DNA from: Candidatus Latescibacterota bacterium
GTDB lineage: Bacteria; Latescibacterota; UBA2968
DNA length: 64,000 bases
Direction of reading: 5' to 3'
Assembly (NCBI GenBank): GCA_965205975.1
Contig: OZ242195.1
Coordinates: 5,056,001 to 5,120,000, forward strand
Positions 29,723-39,831 of the stretch are shown piece by piece (positions within the stretch are counted from its first letter, which is position 1; every line of letters begins with the position of its first letter). The notes under the pieces are model-generated. The model saw only the letters and a program-made list of their open reading frames with translations, searched no databases and had not been told where the DNA came from. A program made the translations under genes and the position numbers.

Positions 29723-32700
29723 ATGAAAAGCTTTTTGAATATTTTGACACTAACTTTGATGAGCGTGAGCATGGCTGGCATTGCGCTGGCTGTATCGCCC
29801 TCGCAAAAGCCGCGATTGGGTAAAATTAGTACTGATCAATTCTTCGATGTGAACAATATCTCAATGAGAGTGACAAACCAGGGATCATTTGCCTTTGATC
29901 CCGCGACCGGGGGGCCGGGCCTTGAATTTCCCAAGGGTACGGGTAAAACCGCGGTCTATGCCGCCGGTCCGTGGATTGCGGGCAAGGTCAATGGCGAAAT
30001 CCGCGTGGCGATTGCCGAGTATTCATTTGAGTATGCGCCTGGGCCGATTTTGCCCGACGGCACACCTGCCGATCCGGAACCTGACCGCTATCGCGTGTAT
30101 AAGATCAACAGAGGCGATGGCTCGGAAAACCCGGATTACGCGCAGTGGCCGGTTGAAGACGGCGCGCCGGTCAATCCCGACGGCACGCCGATGGTCCTGG
30201 GCGATCAGACCTTATGGGCGGTGTATAACGATGCCGATCCCGGCGTTCACGCCAATATGCAGACCGCGCCTTTGGGTCTTGAAATACAGCAGACGACATT
30301 TGGGTTCGACCGCACAGGTCCGCTGGGCAATGTGGTGTTCGTCAAATTTTTGATTATCAACAAAGGTGGCAATACCATCGATAGCACTTATGTGTCGATT
30401 TGGTCTGATCCCGATCTGGGGCAGTTCGATAACGATCTGGTGGGCTGTGATGTGGAGACCAGCTTTGGGTTTTGCTATAACGGATCAAACGTAGATGCGC
30501 AGTATGGTTCTTCGCCTCCGGCCGTAGGATATGACTTTTTCAAGGGTCCGATTGGCGATGACGGTGTGGAATTGCCCATGACGTCGTTTAATAAATATAT
30601 CAATGGCACGGATCCTCGTACTGCATTAGAGACCTATAATTATATGAAAGGCCTTGACCCGGACGGTGGCGTGGCCGATCACACCGATCCAATTACGGGT
30701 CAGGTGAAGGCATTTATGGTCGATGGAGATCCGGTTACAGGTACGGGCTGGCTTGACGAAAACCCGGCTGACCGCCGCTTGATGCTCACGGCAGGGCCGT
30801 TTACCTTTGCGCCCGGCGATACGCAGGAAGTGGTGGGTGCCATTATTATAGGACAAGGTCAGGATCGTCTCACGTCGATTACGGCTGCACGTTTTAACGA
30901 TACATTTGCACAATCGGCTTTTGATGCCAATTTTGAATTGCCATCGCCCCCGCCCGCACCCAAAGTATCCGTGGGGGTAACGGGCGATCACCGGGGCAAT
31001 GGCAGAATTCAGTTGACCTGGGGTAATGACTCAGAAGTCGCTTCGGGCGATTATGCATTTGAAGGTTATAATGTGTACCAGGGCGAGTCGGTCGCTGGTC
31101 CCTGGCGGCGTCTTTTGACTTATGACGTGGTCAATGGTTCGGCCATTATTTTTGATAATGAGTTTGATGAAAGTGCCGGTGTGGTGGTCAACTCGCCCGT
31201 GCAATTTGGCGGCGACTCGGGTATTCGGCGCTTTATCGAACTTACCGAGGATAAAATTTCGGGCGGTAGGCTGGTGACGGGGAAAACCTATTATTTTGCA
31301 GTGACGGCCTATTCGTTGAATGAGAACAGGTCGCCCAGAACGCTCGAGACATCCATCACACCTCTGGCCGATGGACGCATGACGTTTAAGCCTCTTTCGG
31401 ATGAGATGATTCCGGCCAATGGCATTGTGCCGCGCGGCCCCACTGCGGGTACGCGATTCAATACCGTGGAGGTGGATAGTGTCGTAGAGCATACATCGGG
31501 TGTAAGCGATGGTATTGTGGCTGTGGAGGTGGTTGACGATACACGGGTTACGGGCGCGTCTTACGAAGTGCGCTTCCGCGATACCGAGGCCGGAACAGTG
31601 TGGGATCTGGTCAATCTATCGAGTGGTCAGGCCGTGCTTTCAGATATGGAGCAGCACGCAAATATAGATGATGCGATTACCAATCCGATTGTCGAGGGTT
31701 TGCTCGTGCGCGTCACCGGTCCTCCTCTCGGCATGAAAGATTGGGATATTCCATCGGGCGAGCGGTGGATAACCCCGGCGAATACCAGACCCGATTTGGC
31801 TGGTTTTTCTACTGAAGGCTTCGGAGGTGGGATAACGGGCGATGTTGCCCATAGTTGGTTTGGTCCCACGAGCGTGTCGCCTTCGCAGTTGGTCAATGTG
31901 GAATTGCGATTTACGAATGTGATTGAAGATGATGGCGAAGATCAGTACAAACCCCTTGATCTGACAAATTCCAATGTGTCGTGGGGATATCGGTATTTGC
32001 GCGCCGCGAACAGACCTGCACCCGCTCCCGATGAACTAACCCTGTCCAAAGTGCCTTATGACTGGAGTGATTACATAGTCAATACAGAAGGTCCGGGTGT
32101 TTATGTGTATCAGGACCGGAGGCCTATTGCTCTGTCGGCATGGGATGTCGAAAATAATCGGCGCCTCGAAGTGGGTTGGCTGGAAAACAATCTGGCCAGC
32201 GGCCTGGTCAATGGGGCCTGGGGCCCGCCATTTTACGAAGATGTACCCCATACATTTGTCGCCCGCGAGTGGCTGTTCATTTTTGATCGGGATTATACCG
32301 AGCGAGATGATGATTCCAATTTGGCGGAGTTGTCTCAGGGCTTGATCAACGATGCGCCGGCACCGCCCATTATGTATATCCTTTTTGTTAATCGCCGCGC
32401 GCTAGATCGGTTCCCGCAGGATGGCGATTCGTTTTTGATGATCGTCAATAAAATCAATACTCCCGACGATGTGTTTTCATTTAGCACGCAGGGGATTCTC
32501 CGCGGTGATCAAGAGATGGCGGTGGAGGATTTGACAAAAATTCTGGCGGTGCCCAATCCGTATCTGGGGCGTTCGTCTTATGAATTTAGCTCTCTTGCAC
32601 GCCAGATGCGTTTTACCAATCTTCCCGCGCAATGCACGATCCGAATTTTCAGTCTGTCGGGCGATCTGGTGCGAACGATTGAGCACAACAACGGTCTGTC

Positions 32701-32845
32701 GTTTGATACCTGGGATCTGAAAACAGATCAGGGCGTGCTGGTTGCCAGCGGCATTTATATCGCGCATTTTGACGCGCCAAATATCGGTACGCATTTTATC
32801 AAGTGCGCGGTGTTCATGGAAGCTGAGACGCTGAACTCATTTTAA
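29723..32845 (+). CDS. Large secreted protein with a T9SS/FlgD-like C-terminal domain (cargo 1)
   Basis: Signal peptide; FN3-like segment; C-terminal VPNPY...FTNLP...IRIFSLSGDLVRTI...WDL...SGIY. Confidence 0.7.
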   Translation: MKSFLNILTLTLMSVSMAGIALAVSPSQKPRLGKISTDQFFDVNNISMRVTNQGSFAFDPATGGPGLEFPKGTGKTAVYAAGPWIAGKVNGEIRVAIAEYSFEYAPGPILPDGTPADPEPDRYRVYKINRGDGSENPDYAQWPVEDGAPVNPDGTPMVLGDQTLWAVYNDADPGVHANMQTAPLGLEIQQTTFGFDRTGPLGNVVFVKFLIINKGGNTIDSTYVSIWSDPDLGQFDNDLVGCDVETSFGFCYNGSNVDAQYGSSPPAVGYDFFKGPIGDDGVELPMTSFNKYINGTDPRTALETYNYMKGLDPDGGVADHTDPITGQVKAFMVDGDPVTGTGWLDENPADRRLMLTAGPFTFAPGDTQEVVGAIIIGQGQDRLTSITAARFNDTFAQSAFDANFELPSPPPAPKVSVGVTGDHRGNGRIQLTWGNDSEVASGDYAFEGYNVYQGESVAGPWRRLLTYDVVNGSAIIFDNEFDESAGVVVNSPVQFGGDSGIRRFIELTEDKISGGRLVTGKTYYFAVTAYSLNENRSPRTLETSITPLADGRMTFKPLSDEMIPANGIVPRGPTAGTRFNTVEVDSVVEHTSGVSDGIVAVEVVDDTRVTGASYEVRFRDTEAGTVWDLVNLSSGQAVLSDMEQHANIDDAITNPIVEGLLVRVTGPPLGMKDWDIPSGERWITPANTRPDLAGFSTEGFGGGITGDVAHSWFGPTSVSPSQLVNVELRFTNVIEDDGEDQYKPLDLTNSNVSWGYRYLRAANRPAPAPDELTLSKVPYDWSDYIVNTEGPGVYVYQDRRPIALSAWDVENNRRLEVGWLENNLASGLVNGAWGPPFYEDVPHTFVAREWLFIFDRDYTERDDDSNLAELSQGLINDAPAPPIMYILFVNRRALDRFPQDGDSFLMIVNKINTPDDVFSFSTQGILRGDQEMAVEDLTKILAVPNPYLGRSSYEFSSLARQMRFTNLPAQCTIRIFSLSGDLVRTIEHNNGLSFDTWDLKTDQGVLVASGIYIAHFDAPNIGTHFIKCAVFMEAETLNSF

Positions 32846-32871
32846 CGAACCGCTGAATGGAGGAATAACTT

Positions 32872-33927
32872 ATGTTCAGGCAGATGATTTTTCTGTTTGC
32901 CGCGCTGGCATTGATCGCTCAGGATGCCCGTGCAGGCGATGAGAGCCGCATCGGCACAGCTGCGGCACAAGAGTTGCGCATTCCAATTGGTTCGCGCGGT
33001 ACAGCACTTGGGGGCGCCATACTGGCTCATGTAAAAGGCGCAGAGGCATTGCAGTGGAATCCCTCGGGATTGGTATTTGGAATGCATAAGCGCGAAGCCG
33101 TGTTTTCATATCTGGATTATATCGCGGATATGAATGTGAATTATTTTGCGATTACTACACGTCTAAGGGATGATATTTCGGTGGGGATCAGTGCCCGCGT
33201 GTTTGCGGTGGGCGATATTGTTGTGACGACCGAGGAATCGCCCGAAGGCACGGGTGAGATACTTTCGCCGAGGTTTTCGTGTGTGACATTTACGTATTCG
33301 CAATTGTTGACAGATCGCGTGTCGTTTGGCACCACGATTAAATATATCCACGAGGCGATTAAGCGAGAGGTGGCCAATGGTCTGGCATTTGACTTTGGGT
33401 TTCAGTACAAAACCGCGCTAAAAGGTTTGACGCTGGGTATTGCCATGCGAAACTATGGTCCAGACATGCGGTTTGATGGTCCGGATCTGGATCGGGTGGT
33501 GAAATTGCAAGACGCGGTTCCAGAGGCTGATCCCCAAGCCGGGTCGCGCACTTTCCGCACGTCGCTGGCCGCCGCCGAGTTGCCCACGTCCATAGAAATT
33601 GGTTTTTCCTATAATTTCTATGAAGACGCGCTGGGCAAAGCTATTTTTTCTGCGACCTTCCGCAATAATAATCTGGCAACTGATGAGTATCAGGCTGGCG
33701 TTGAGTATTCGATGAAGCAAATTCTTCAGTTGCGCGGAGGGTATGTGACATCTCCAACGGGCGATGCCCTGCCCAACGGGTTTAATAAGGAGTATATTCT
33801 GGGCCCGACGTTTGGATTTGGTCTCAATGTGCCCATGGGAAATATGGCTTTTCAAGTGGATTATGCCTATGGCAGAACCGAGTACTTTCAGGATAATCAC
33901 TGGGTGACTGTGGGGCTTGGGTTCTGA
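32872..33927 (+). CDS. PorV/PorQ-like (UPF0164) outer membrane beta-barrel
   Basis: LRIPIGSRGTALG...WNPSGL motif; ends GLGF. Confidence 0.8.
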   Translation: MFRQMIFLFAALALIAQDARAGDESRIGTAAAQELRIPIGSRGTALGGAILAHVKGAEALQWNPSGLVFGMHKREAVFSYLDYIADMNVNYFAITTRLRDDISVGISARVFAVGDIVVTTEESPEGTGEILSPRFSCVTFTYSQLLTDRVSFGTTIKYIHEAIKREVANGLAFDFGFQYKTALKGLTLGIAMRNYGPDMRFDGPDLDRVVKLQDAVPEADPQAGSRTFRTSLAAAELPTSIEIGFSYNFYEDALGKAIFSATFRNNNLATDEYQAGVEYSMKQILQLRGGYVTSPTGDALPNGFNKEYILGPTFGFGLNVPMGNMAFQVDYAYGRTEYFQDNHWVTVGLGF

Positions 33928-33950
33928 GAAGTGCGTCCTGCGAGGCAAGA

Positions 33951-33995
33951 AATAAAAAAGCTCAGAAATCATTGCGATCTCTGAGCTTTTTTATT
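33951..33995. terminator. Bidirectional intrinsic terminator
   Basis: AATAAAAAAGCTCAGA...TCTGAGCTTTTTTATT between convergent genes. Confidence 0.88.
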
Positions 33996-34018
33996 TGAGG
34001 GGTGATAGGTGTCTTCCC

Positions 34019-35068
34019 CTATTGAAGCATTTTGCAATCTTCATCTTTTACGTTACAACTTGAGTTGTTGTAATATTCTTTGAGCTTGCGCTGGAGGGTG
34101 CGAAGGCTAATGCCCAGCCTTTTGGCCGCATGTGTGCGGTTGCCATTAACGCAGTTCAGGGTGTAGTCTATGATGAGTTTTTCAACGGTGTGTAGGGATA
34201 GTCCTTCGAGCATGCTCAAATCGATGTTCACGGCATTTGAATCCTCGCGCTGAGGCGTATAAATATCGGAGGGCAGATCAGTCGGTAATATGGTGTCTCT
34301 TTTGACCATAACGGCGAGACGTTCGAGAATATTTTTGAGTTCGCGCACGTTGCCTGGCCATGAATAGGTCATGAGATACAGGATCGTCTCGGGAGCGAGT
34401 TCTTTAGGTGCGAGGTCGTTGTCCTGAGCAAAGTTTTTGAGAAAATTGGTTGCCATTGCGGGGATGTCTTCGGGATGTAGCCGCAAAGGGGGCATATCAA
34501 TGTGAAGGACATTGAGGCGATAGTAGAGATCTTCGCGGAATGAGCCATTGGCAACGGCTTTTTTGAGGTCGATATTTGTGGCGGCAATAATCCGCACATC
34601 GATGTCGATGGGGTCTGTACTGCCCACGCGCATTATCTGCTGGCTTTCCAGAACGCGCAACCACTTGGCCTGTACGTCAAGGCCCAGGTCGCCGATTTCA
34701 TCGAGAAATAAGGTGCCGCGATGTGCTGCCTCAAATACGCCCTGTCGGGTCGTGGTCGCACTGGTAAAAGCCCCTTTGATATGGCCGAAGAGATGGCTTT
34801 CGGTCAGTTCGCGGGGAATTGCAGCACAATTTACAGTAATAAAAGGATGAGCGGCTCTGGAGCCGATGTCGTGGAGTGTTTTTGCAGCCAGTTCTTTGCC
34901 TGTACCACTTTCTCCTGTGATGAGCACAGTCGTCTTAAAAGGAGCCAGGTATTGAATCTGGTCTCTGATTTTCGCTATGCATGTCGATGCACCTTGAAGC
35001 AGGTGTTCTGTTTTGTCCTTTTCGTTCTGCTCATCTCTGGGTTCGGTAATCAGTATCTGTTTTTGCAT
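34019..35068 (-). CDS. Sigma-54 enhancer-binding protein with no N-terminal sensory domain (AAA+ plus Fis HTH)
   Basis: GESGTGKE, GAFTSA, LFLDEIG, FREDLYYRL, WPGNVREL and GNRTHAAKRLGISLRTLQRKL. Confidence 0.9.
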   Translation of the reverse strand: MQKQILITEPRDEQNEKDKTEHLLQGASTCIAKIRDQIQYLAPFKTTVLITGESGTGKELAAKTLHDIGSRAAHPFITVNCAAIPRELTESHLFGHIKGAFTSATTTRQGVFEAAHRGTLFLDEIGDLGLDVQAKWLRVLESQQIMRVGSTDPIDIDVRIIAATNIDLKKAVANGSFREDLYYRLNVLHIDMPPLRLHPEDIPAMATNFLKNFAQDNDLAPKELAPETILYLMTYSWPGNVRELKNILERLAVMVKRDTILPTDLPSDIYTPQREDSNAVNIDLSMLEGLSLHTVEKLIIDYTLNCVNGNRTHAAKRLGISLRTLQRKLKEYYNNSSCNVKDEDCKMLQ

Positions 35069-35248
35069 AGTCCTCCCATCTGTTAGAGATAGGATTTTGA
35101 CGGATTTTTTAGCTATTACTCTCTTTCTATTAGACTATCAGATGTACGCTTAGTTCCGCATTGGATTGTTAAAATTTGTAATCCGAAAATTTGTACCTGA
35201 GCATTGAGGCGCGATCTTTTTTTGATCGTGTCTTTTTTATTTTGCAGT

Positions 35249-35283
35249 GCGACACTATGACGCACCCGGCGACATTTTGACGC
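35249..35283. promoter_or_regulatory. Tandem enhancer (UAS) sites GCGACA-N3-TGACGC
   Basis: gcgacactatgacgc at 35249 and gcgacattttgacgc at 35269, ~290 bp upstream of a -24/-12 promoter. Confidence 0.65.
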
Positions 35284-35430
35284 TGTTAGCGCGGTTGATT
35301 TTTACTGTTTTGTAAAAATAAAAATAATTTTTACGCTCAAGACAGTGTATAGAGTTGACTTAAAAACCCGTGAGTAATTGCTCAGATATTTTGATAGACT
35401 TTTGCTAATTTCATGGATGATTTGTCTATA

Positions 35431-35443
35431 AATCAATGAGTTA
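35431..35443 (+). promoter_or_regulatory. IHF-binding consensus
   Basis: AATCAATGAGTTA matches WATCAA-N4-TTR; lies between the UAS and the sigma-54 promoter. Confidence 0.6.
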
Positions 35444-35562
35444 GGCATATATAAAAAAGATCTATGTGTATCGAAAAACGCCAGGGCAAAAAGATATTTC
35501 ACATTTGCGCCCTGGGCGATTGAAAAAAATTAAGTGAATCCCAGTGCTCTTAAAGCAAGAAC

Positions 35563-35578
35563 TGGCACTCATTTTGCT
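35563..35578 (+). promoter_or_regulatory. Sigma-54 -24/-12 promoter
   Basis: TGGCACTCATTTTGCT (GG-N10-GC). Confidence 0.85.
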
Positions 35579-35820
35579 TAAGGTATGACTGATGTTTGAT
35601 GACATCTTTGCTACCAGGCGAGCACTGCTATGGAGAAGTGCTGACCTTTAGCAAAATCGTGTGAGGGGGGAGACGCACCCCCCTCACATATTAAGCATTG
35701 AGAACATGAGTAGAGATTGAAAAGTCTATACTGAAAGGAGGGTACGGGGAAATAGAAAATGCGCTGGGGTAATTGTAGAAGAAGTCGATCGTAAACACAT
35801 TTCACAAAGGAGCAGTATCC

Positions 35821-38481
35821 ATGTCCAAAAAGCTCTGGTTTTACGCCTCCGGATTTTTCGCCGGAGTTGGCATGTGCCTGGCGGGTCTGGTCACACAGGC
35901 TCAGGCTCAATGGCCCGGCAATGCCAGAATCTCGATGTCCCGGGGTCAAATCGGTCACACGCTCCACAATCCGGGCATGACGGGAAAGAAAGATAACACG
36001 ACAAAGCTGGCACAGTCTTCGTTTTCGTATCCTCAGGGCCGCAATATCAAGGTGTATTCGGGCGGTTCTGAGCGCGAAGGCTGGAATGCCAAGTCAAATA
36101 CAGGTGGTGAAGGCTTCTGGGTGCTTTCCAATACGGGTGGCAGCCCCCACGGTACGTATGCAGGTCCGCGTATTACGTCTTCAGACCTTGTTGGTCGTGC
36201 CCACGATATGACGCAGATGCCCGAAGCCTATGTAGGCGTTGTAGAAGATGAGAATTGGGCAATGGCGATTCGCAGAGATAGTGGTGCGGACGCGCCCAAT
36301 ATCGCGGGATCGACGGTTGCAGACCGCCTGACCAACTGGTGGCCGAGTGCTCACGGTATTTCCAGCCCAACCCCTGGGACAAATAGGGCTGTTGTTGTCT
36401 GGAACTTCCGTTTTGGTCGCTACAACAGCAATGAGCCTTTTGCCAATCGCATTGGTTCTGGAGAATTCCCGCAGTACAGTGCGCCTTCGTGGGTGGAATC
36501 GCTGTCTGAGGATGATTTTCCCGAGATGATCGGTATTCAAGAAGGCGGTTCTTCTGCCACGGGTCTGGAGTGGACGCGCAAGTGGTTTTCCACGGCACAT
36601 CCCGATCACGATGAGTATTTTGTCGTTGACAACGAAGTGGTGAACAATTCGGGTTCGACGGCTGAAGGTGTGTATATCACCTTTGCCAACCGATTCCACG
36701 CGGGTCAGGCATCGGGCTGGCGGGGTTCGACCTCGTGGAATCACGCTTTCGATTGGACGCGCGATGATTATTATCGCAATACATTGGCAGCCAATTACCT
36801 CAACGGCGTCAGCCGTGGGGATTACACCTCTGCGCTTGGCAGATCTGCTGGTTTGCAGCGCGGTGTTGATCTTGCCAATGACGGCCATTTTATGACGTAT
36901 TACCACGATGGGGACTCCGATCATATTACCAATTTGATCAATGATATAGGCGATCAGTATCGCTATGCGATTGCCAAAGAGCGCTATACTCGCGAACAGA
37001 CCTGGGTGCGCGAGGGCATGATGCAGCACGCTCAGTATTTTGGTCTGGGCACTGTGGATGCCTTCCCGCCGTTTATGCGCTATGGCGGTGTGGATGATGA
37101 GATGTATGTGGCACCGCACGACAATCCGGCTACAGGGCACGATGAGAGCATGCAACAGCCCGCTTCGGTGCTCTTCCACGGCTATCGCGGTACGAATGAT
37201 TTTGACTATCCCTCGCCAGACCGTGCGGGCGATGCTCAGATTTACGACGCGGTTGCCAATGGCGGCTATACTGCTGAAAATGACACGCCTGGGCATTACT
37301 CAACGCTGGTATCTTATGGTCCCTACACGCTGGCACCAGGTGAGAAGGCCAAAGTGGTGGTCGCCTATGTGGCGGGATTAGCAGCAGATCACGCCAAGTA
37401 TGACGATTACAAGAAGTATGCCATGCCCTTCAACCTGGGGTGGATGAACCACTACGGTGGCAGGGGATCTGAGGCTACAGAGTTGGCAGATCGCCAGCCG
37501 GATATACCATTAGGCGAAGATGTGCTGTTCGATCACTTTGAGAATGCGATTCAGTGGTATAACTGGGGTTATGATCTTCCCAACCAGCCGCCGAATACCA
37601 AGGTGGCGTGGGATTCCAACCTTCAGGGTAAGACGCAGATTCGGTGGAGTGTCTTTGGCGAAGAGGCAATGGATCCAGATTATTCTGGCGCCCAGGCACA
37701 GGATTTGCGCGGGTATCGCATCTATCGCTCGTCTGTAGAGTATCAGGGCGAGTGGGAGTATGTGACGGAGTTTTCATTCGAGGATGCGCGTGCGGGCAAT
37801 TTGCCCACGGGTGTTTCGTATGATCCTTCTCGTACGTGGACAACGGTGAAGAGCGGTTCCTGGCCAACGGGTATTCCGCTGCTGACGAATCAGTACGTTG
37901 ATGCTGGTGTGCACGGTGGTCTCAATCCCGCTGCTGGTCCTGAGATTCCCGGCACATATCTGTTTGACGATCAAAACACAAACGCAGGCTTCCCCAACTG
38001 GTATAGTGTGCGTATGTATGACTCTGGCCACGGTGATTGGAATGGCGTGAGTAGCGTTGATGTCCTTGAAGCCTCGCAGAGCACCTCTCTGGGTTCTGTG
38101 TATGGTTCTCGCACGGGTATTGTTCCCGTGGTTCCTGGTGCAGCCGTGTTTGATCGCCTCGAAGAGCAGGTTCGCGTGGTTCCCAATCCGTTCAAGGTGG
38201 ATAGCGATTTACATACGTACAACCGCCAGCAGAATATGCGGTTTACGAATCTGCCGGGTCGCTGTCAGATCGACCTTTACGATGTGACGGGTCAGCGAAT
38301 CTGGACCTTCTACAATCAGGATCCTCTGAAGGGCGAAGTGACTTATATCCAGCTTGCCGAGAATCGTCCGTCTAACTTTGGTGAGGCGATGTTCCCTGGC
38401 ATATACTTCTGGAAAGTCACGTCTTTGATGCCGGGATCAGAAGGCGTAACACAGACCGGCACTTTCGTGATCATCAAGTAA
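35821..38481 (+). CDS. Large secreted protein with a T9SS/FlgD-like C-terminal domain (cargo 2, paralog of cargo 1)
   Basis: Signal peptide; GPYTLAPGE, LPNQPP, GYRIYR and VVPNPF...FTNLP...PGIY motifs; strong RBS. Confidence 0.7.
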   Translation: MSKKLWFYASGFFAGVGMCLAGLVTQAQAQWPGNARISMSRGQIGHTLHNPGMTGKKDNTTKLAQSSFSYPQGRNIKVYSGGSEREGWNAKSNTGGEGFWVLSNTGGSPHGTYAGPRITSSDLVGRAHDMTQMPEAYVGVVEDENWAMAIRRDSGADAPNIAGSTVADRLTNWWPSAHGISSPTPGTNRAVVVWNFRFGRYNSNEPFANRIGSGEFPQYSAPSWVESLSEDDFPEMIGIQEGGSSATGLEWTRKWFSTAHPDHDEYFVVDNEVVNNSGSTAEGVYITFANRFHAGQASGWRGSTSWNHAFDWTRDDYYRNTLAANYLNGVSRGDYTSALGRSAGLQRGVDLANDGHFMTYYHDGDSDHITNLINDIGDQYRYAIAKERYTREQTWVREGMMQHAQYFGLGTVDAFPPFMRYGGVDDEMYVAPHDNPATGHDESMQQPASVLFHGYRGTNDFDYPSPDRAGDAQIYDAVANGGYTAENDTPGHYSTLVSYGPYTLAPGEKAKVVVAYVAGLAADHAKYDDYKKYAMPFNLGWMNHYGGRGSEATELADRQPDIPLGEDVLFDHFENAIQWYNWGYDLPNQPPNTKVAWDSNLQGKTQIRWSVFGEEAMDPDYSGAQAQDLRGYRIYRSSVEYQGEWEYVTEFSFEDARAGNLPTGVSYDPSRTWTTVKSGSWPTGIPLLTNQYVDAGVHGGLNPAAGPEIPGTYLFDDQNTNAGFPNWYSVRMYDSGHGDWNGVSSVDVLEASQSTSLGSVYGSRTGIVPVVPGAAVFDRLEEQVRVVPNPFKVDSDLHTYNRQQNMRFTNLPGRCQIDLYDVTGQRIWTFYNQDPLKGEVTYIQLAENRPSNFGEAMFPGIYFWKVTSLMPGSEGVTQTGTFVIIK

Positions 38482-38517
38482 GGCGCGAAGCGTCAGACAT
38501 AAAAAAGGAGAAAGACA

Positions 38518-39534
38518 ATGTTTAAGAAAGCACTGCTCTTCGGTCTGGCTGTTGCGCTTGCCCTGCCGATGTATGCACAGGCTCAGGAAGAGCGGCCGAC
38601 TCAGGATTCATTAGGACCTTTTCCCGTGGATAGGACGCGCGTGCCTCCTGAAACGGATCTGATTAAGTATGCTCGCGTTACGACGACTTCTTATGGATTC
38701 TTGAAGCTGACGGGCAATGCGCGCTCAGCAGGTATGGGCGATGCGTATTCGTCTGTTGGCAATGATCTGTCGGCTGTGTTTTACAACCCTGCTGGCGCAA
38801 CGCAGATTGAGCGCTACGCGCTGACAGCTTCTTACCTGAAGTGGATTGTGGGGTCTTCAATGGGGACGTTTGCCATTGGTGCCAAGACGAATGTGGCGAC
38901 CTTTGCAGTCAACTTTGCGTATTTTACCACAGATGAATTTGAAGAGACCACCTCATCTCAACCCGGCGGCACGGGTCGCATGGCCACAGCAGGCGACATG
39001 GCTGTTGGTCTGACCATTGCCAAGCAGGTGACAGATAAGTTGAGTGTGGGTGGTAATCTGCGCTGGGTTCAGGAAGACCTGGATTTGCAGTCGTATTCGT
39101 CTTATGACATAGATTTTGGTACGCTCTTTTACACGGGCTTCCATTCCACGCGTCTGGGTATGTCGATGCGCAACTTGGGCGGCGACCAGGACGTGATAGG
39201 TCAGAAGGCGCGTTTCCCGATGGTATTCAACCTGTCGGGTGCTGCTGAAGTCTATGGCAATCTGGGTGATCCGCTGTCAGTCACAGTGGCAGTTGAACAG
39301 ATGTTCTTCACAGACTCGATCAACCGTTATCACTTTGGCGCGGAAGCATGGGTACAGAACATGCTGGCGTTGCGTGGTGGTTACAAGATCGGTTATGACT
39401 CCGAGTCGTGGACAGTGGGTGCTGGCTTGCGTCAGAAGTTAGGCGATCAGAGTGTGGGTGTGGATGTATCGTATTCAAGGGCTGAGGCACTTGATGAATA
39501 TCCCATTCGCGTTTCTGTTGGCGTTGGCTTCTAA
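38518..39534 (+). CDS. PorV/PorQ-like (UPF0164) outer membrane beta-barrel
   Basis: FLKLTGNARSAGMGDAY...FYNPAG motif; ends GVGF. Confidence 0.85.
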   Translation: MFKKALLFGLAVALALPMYAQAQEERPTQDSLGPFPVDRTRVPPETDLIKYARVTTTSYGFLKLTGNARSAGMGDAYSSVGNDLSAVFYNPAGATQIERYALTASYLKWIVGSSMGTFAIGAKTNVATFAVNFAYFTTDEFEETTSSQPGGTGRMATAGDMAVGLTIAKQVTDKLSVGGNLRWVQEDLDLQSYSSYDIDFGTLFYTGFHSTRLGMSMRNLGGDQDVIGQKARFPMVFNLSGAAEVYGNLGDPLSVTVAVEQMFFTDSINRYHFGAEAWVQNMLALRGGYKIGYDSESWTVGAGLRQKLGDQSVGVDVSYSRAEALDEYPIRVSVGVGF

Positions 39535-39558
39535 GAGAGCTTTTCCCACCAGATACAC

Positions 39559-39594
39559 AAAGGGCTGCGGTCGTAAGATCGCAGCCCTTTTTTT
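39559..39594 (+). terminator. Intrinsic terminator
   Basis: AAAGGGCTGCG...CGCAGCCCTTTTTTT. Confidence 0.88.
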
Positions 39595-39656
39595 GATCGC
39601 GGATTTTCGCGGATTTTTGGATTTCGCTGATGAAAGGCGAAAAAACACGCGTTCAG

Positions 39657-39693
39657 CGGTGTATTTAACCATCTGGAATGGTTTCTTTTACCA
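39657..39693. promoter_or_regulatory. Tandem YGGT-N7-ACCA palindromes (putative PspF-type UAS)
   Basis: cggtgtatttaacca and tggtttcttttacca, 22 bp apart, ~80-110 bp upstream of the -24 box. Confidence 0.5.
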
Positions 39694-39769
39694 ATATCAG
39701 GTGGTTTTTTTGTGCCTTAAAAATATTTATTTGTATAAAAAACAATAAGATAGAATCTGAAGGATATTT

Positions 39770-39785
39770 TGGCACGGATATTGCA
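39770..39785 (+). promoter_or_regulatory. Sigma-54 -24/-12 promoter of pspA
   Basis: TGGCACGGATATTGCA. Confidence 0.88.
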
Positions 39786-39831
39786 TAGAGATAGATGTGA
39801 TCAATAACCAAAAATCGAAAGGAGATATTCC

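Noticed and set aside
34019..35068. Naming the sensor-less activator pspF
   Set aside because: It is not adjacent to pspA, lacks the Trp loop, and its HTH and nearby motif match the other activator instead
35590..35700. c-di-GMP or other known riboswitch
   Set aside because: GCAAA is present but the required paired architecture is not recognisable
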